Part shown: positions 62,287-64,000 of the stretch, in pieces
Layout of the letters: each line of letters opens with the position of its first letter
Numbering within the stretch: the stretch's first letter is position 1
Source of the DNA: Podarcis vaucheri
Taxonomy: Eukaryota
Reading direction: 5' to 3' (one strand)
DNA: 64,000 nt
Assembly: GCA_965113315.1 (NCBI GenBank)
Contig: OZ220371.1
Made by a program: the position numbers and the translations under genes
The notes under the pieces: generated by a model
What the model was told of the DNA's origin: nothing
Databases searched by the model: none
Seen by the model: only the letters and a program-made list of their open reading frames with translations

Positions 62287-62711
62287 TTATTATTTTATAC
62301 CCTGCCCATCTGGCTGGATTTCCACAGCCACTCTGGGCAGCTCCCAACAGAATATTAAAAATAAAATCAAACAGTAAAAAGTTCCCTAAACAGGCCTGCC
62401 TTCAGATGTCTTCTAAAAGTAAGGTAGTTGATTATTTCCTTGACATCTGATGGGAGGCAGTTCCACAGGGCAGGTGCCACTACCGAGAAGGCCCTCTGCC
62501 TGGTTCCCTGTAGCTTTGCTTCTCGCAGGGAGGGAACCACCAGAAAGCCCTCAGCACTGGACCTCAGTGTCTGGGCTGAACGATGGGGGTGGAGACTCTC
62601 CTTCAGGTATACTGGGCCGAGGCCTTTTAGGGCTTTAAAGGTCAGCACCAGCACTTTTAACTGTGCTCAGAAATATACTGGGAGCCTATGTAGGTCTTTC
62701 AGGACTGGTGT
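62238..62711 (-). mobile_element. L2 LINE 3' end with (TAT)n tail
   Basis: ORF 62367-62654 (VLTFKALKGLGPVYLK...RAFSVVAPALWNCLP...FRRHLKAGLF) is an L2 C-terminus. Confidence 0.92.
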
Positions 62712-63564
62712 TAAAAACATATGGAAACCGAAACAGAGCCATCCTTTGCAATTCACACTTCTCTGAATTTTGCAATGGAATTCTACAACCAAGTAATGTG
62801 TAAAGCAATGCCTATGTTAGGGTATAATTGGTGAAAATAACATTAAAAAATTCATTAAGGAAAATTGCTTGGCAAAAATGTGCATGTTAGGTACAATGTC
62901 ATACAAAAACATGTATGTATTGGGAAAAATTCACACTAAATGCTGATGAATTTTCAAAAGGTCTTAAAAAGTAAAAATAAAAGTCAAACCAATGTGGAAA
63001 TGTGGAGAACTGAATTTAAGATGGGGAAAATGACAAACTGAGATAAACTATCAGATTCGCCTATCCTTACCCCTCATCCTATGTTCAGCCATGCTGGAAG
63101 CGGGCAACTATTTTGTGTGTTTTCCCTCAACCCTTGGTGGTAGAAATATTGGAGGAAAATCCCTGGAAGACATAGGAAGACAAGTTCCAGATTCCACCCC
63201 AACAAGGGTTCCGTTCTCTCTTTGTGGTGCAGGCAAGAAAGAGGGGGGAGAATGCGATTTCTACCTTCACCTTATTTACTAGATTTCAATAGCTGCTGCC
63301 TTGCTGCATTTAAATTCATTGTTCTGTCTTGCATCATCTCTTTCCCTGCCCACACATAGAGCTTATCTGCAAAGCTTGACTTTCTCTTTCCTTTCCTAGT
63401 TAAAAGGCCTGAGTTCACAATCTGCCAGGGGACAGACTTTGAGATCTCGCCCCCGCTTATATTCTGCAAGGCTACAGAGCTATCTTAGAGTTCTTTGCAG
63501 AAAGTGGAGAGCAATGTTATGCAAAAAGCTCCACAATGAAGCTGATACTCAATTATTCTCTTTA

Positions 63565-63806
63565 CAGTGGTACCTCGGGTTACAGACGCTTCAGGTTACA
63601 GACCCTTCAGGTTACAGACTCCTCTAACCCAGAAATAGTACCTCGGGTTAAGAACTTTGCTTCAGGATGAGAACAGAAATCGTGTGGCAGCGGCACAGCA
63701 GCAGGAGGAGGCCCCATTAGCTAAAGTGGTACCTCGGGTTAAGAACAGTTTCAGGTTAAGAATGGACCTCCGGAACGAATTAAGTTCTTAACCCAAGGTA
63801 CCACTG
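63565..63806 (+). mobile_element. Tc1/mariner MITE, ~240-bp family
   Basis: TIRs; TA on the left, TC on the right. Confidence 0.92.
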
Positions 63807-64000
63807 TCTTATTCCTTTTATAAAAAAAATCCTTTATAACTATTCAATGTTTTTTACTGTTCTTTTGCTTCCCCTTAGGTAAATCAGTTTATGCTCGGTG
63901 AAAACAATAGTCAAAATAAATATCAATGGTCACATAAATATCAATATCTGTAGACCCTGGACAGATGTAGAGTTTGTCTACGAGTGCAAAACTTTTGTGA

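Noticed and set aside
1-64000. A novel multi-gene system (operon, defence island, intact autonomous element)
   Set aside because: No intact transposase, RT, integrase or gene cluster; the recognisable protein-coding sequence belongs to truncated LINEs

Overview
This is vertebrate nuclear DNA, not prokaryotic. The repeat complement points to a squamate, probably a lacertid lizard (Podarcis-like): POM/Sauria-type SINEs, a Squam3-type SINE, BovB, CR1, L2, L1, and hAT and Tc1/mariner MITEs. The window is gene-poor intronic or intergenic sequence. The only plausible host coding segment is a ~300-nt exon near 7.1-7.4 kb, best read as a minus-strand terminal exon; I did not recognise the gene. The long ORFs with recognisable protein are LINE fragments, and most of the rest of the ORF track is noise. 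The points most worth checking: (1) an L1 that lost almost all of ORF2 internally yet sits between 17-bp TSDs; (2) MITEs of two superfamilies filled with alternating inverted modules, including a perfect 52-bp stem; (3) hAT MITEs sharing a palindromic core with a ZNF143/THAP11-type motif but carrying different TIRs; (4) a Penelope-type minimal hammerhead ribozyme remnant; (5) an inverted MITE pair sharing private substitutions; (6) a Sauria SINE split with a ~47-bp duplication; (7) candidate microexon and recursive splice signals, plus TE-free enhancer-like blocks. I found no convincing novel multi-gene system. Family names come from recalled consensus motifs, not database searches.
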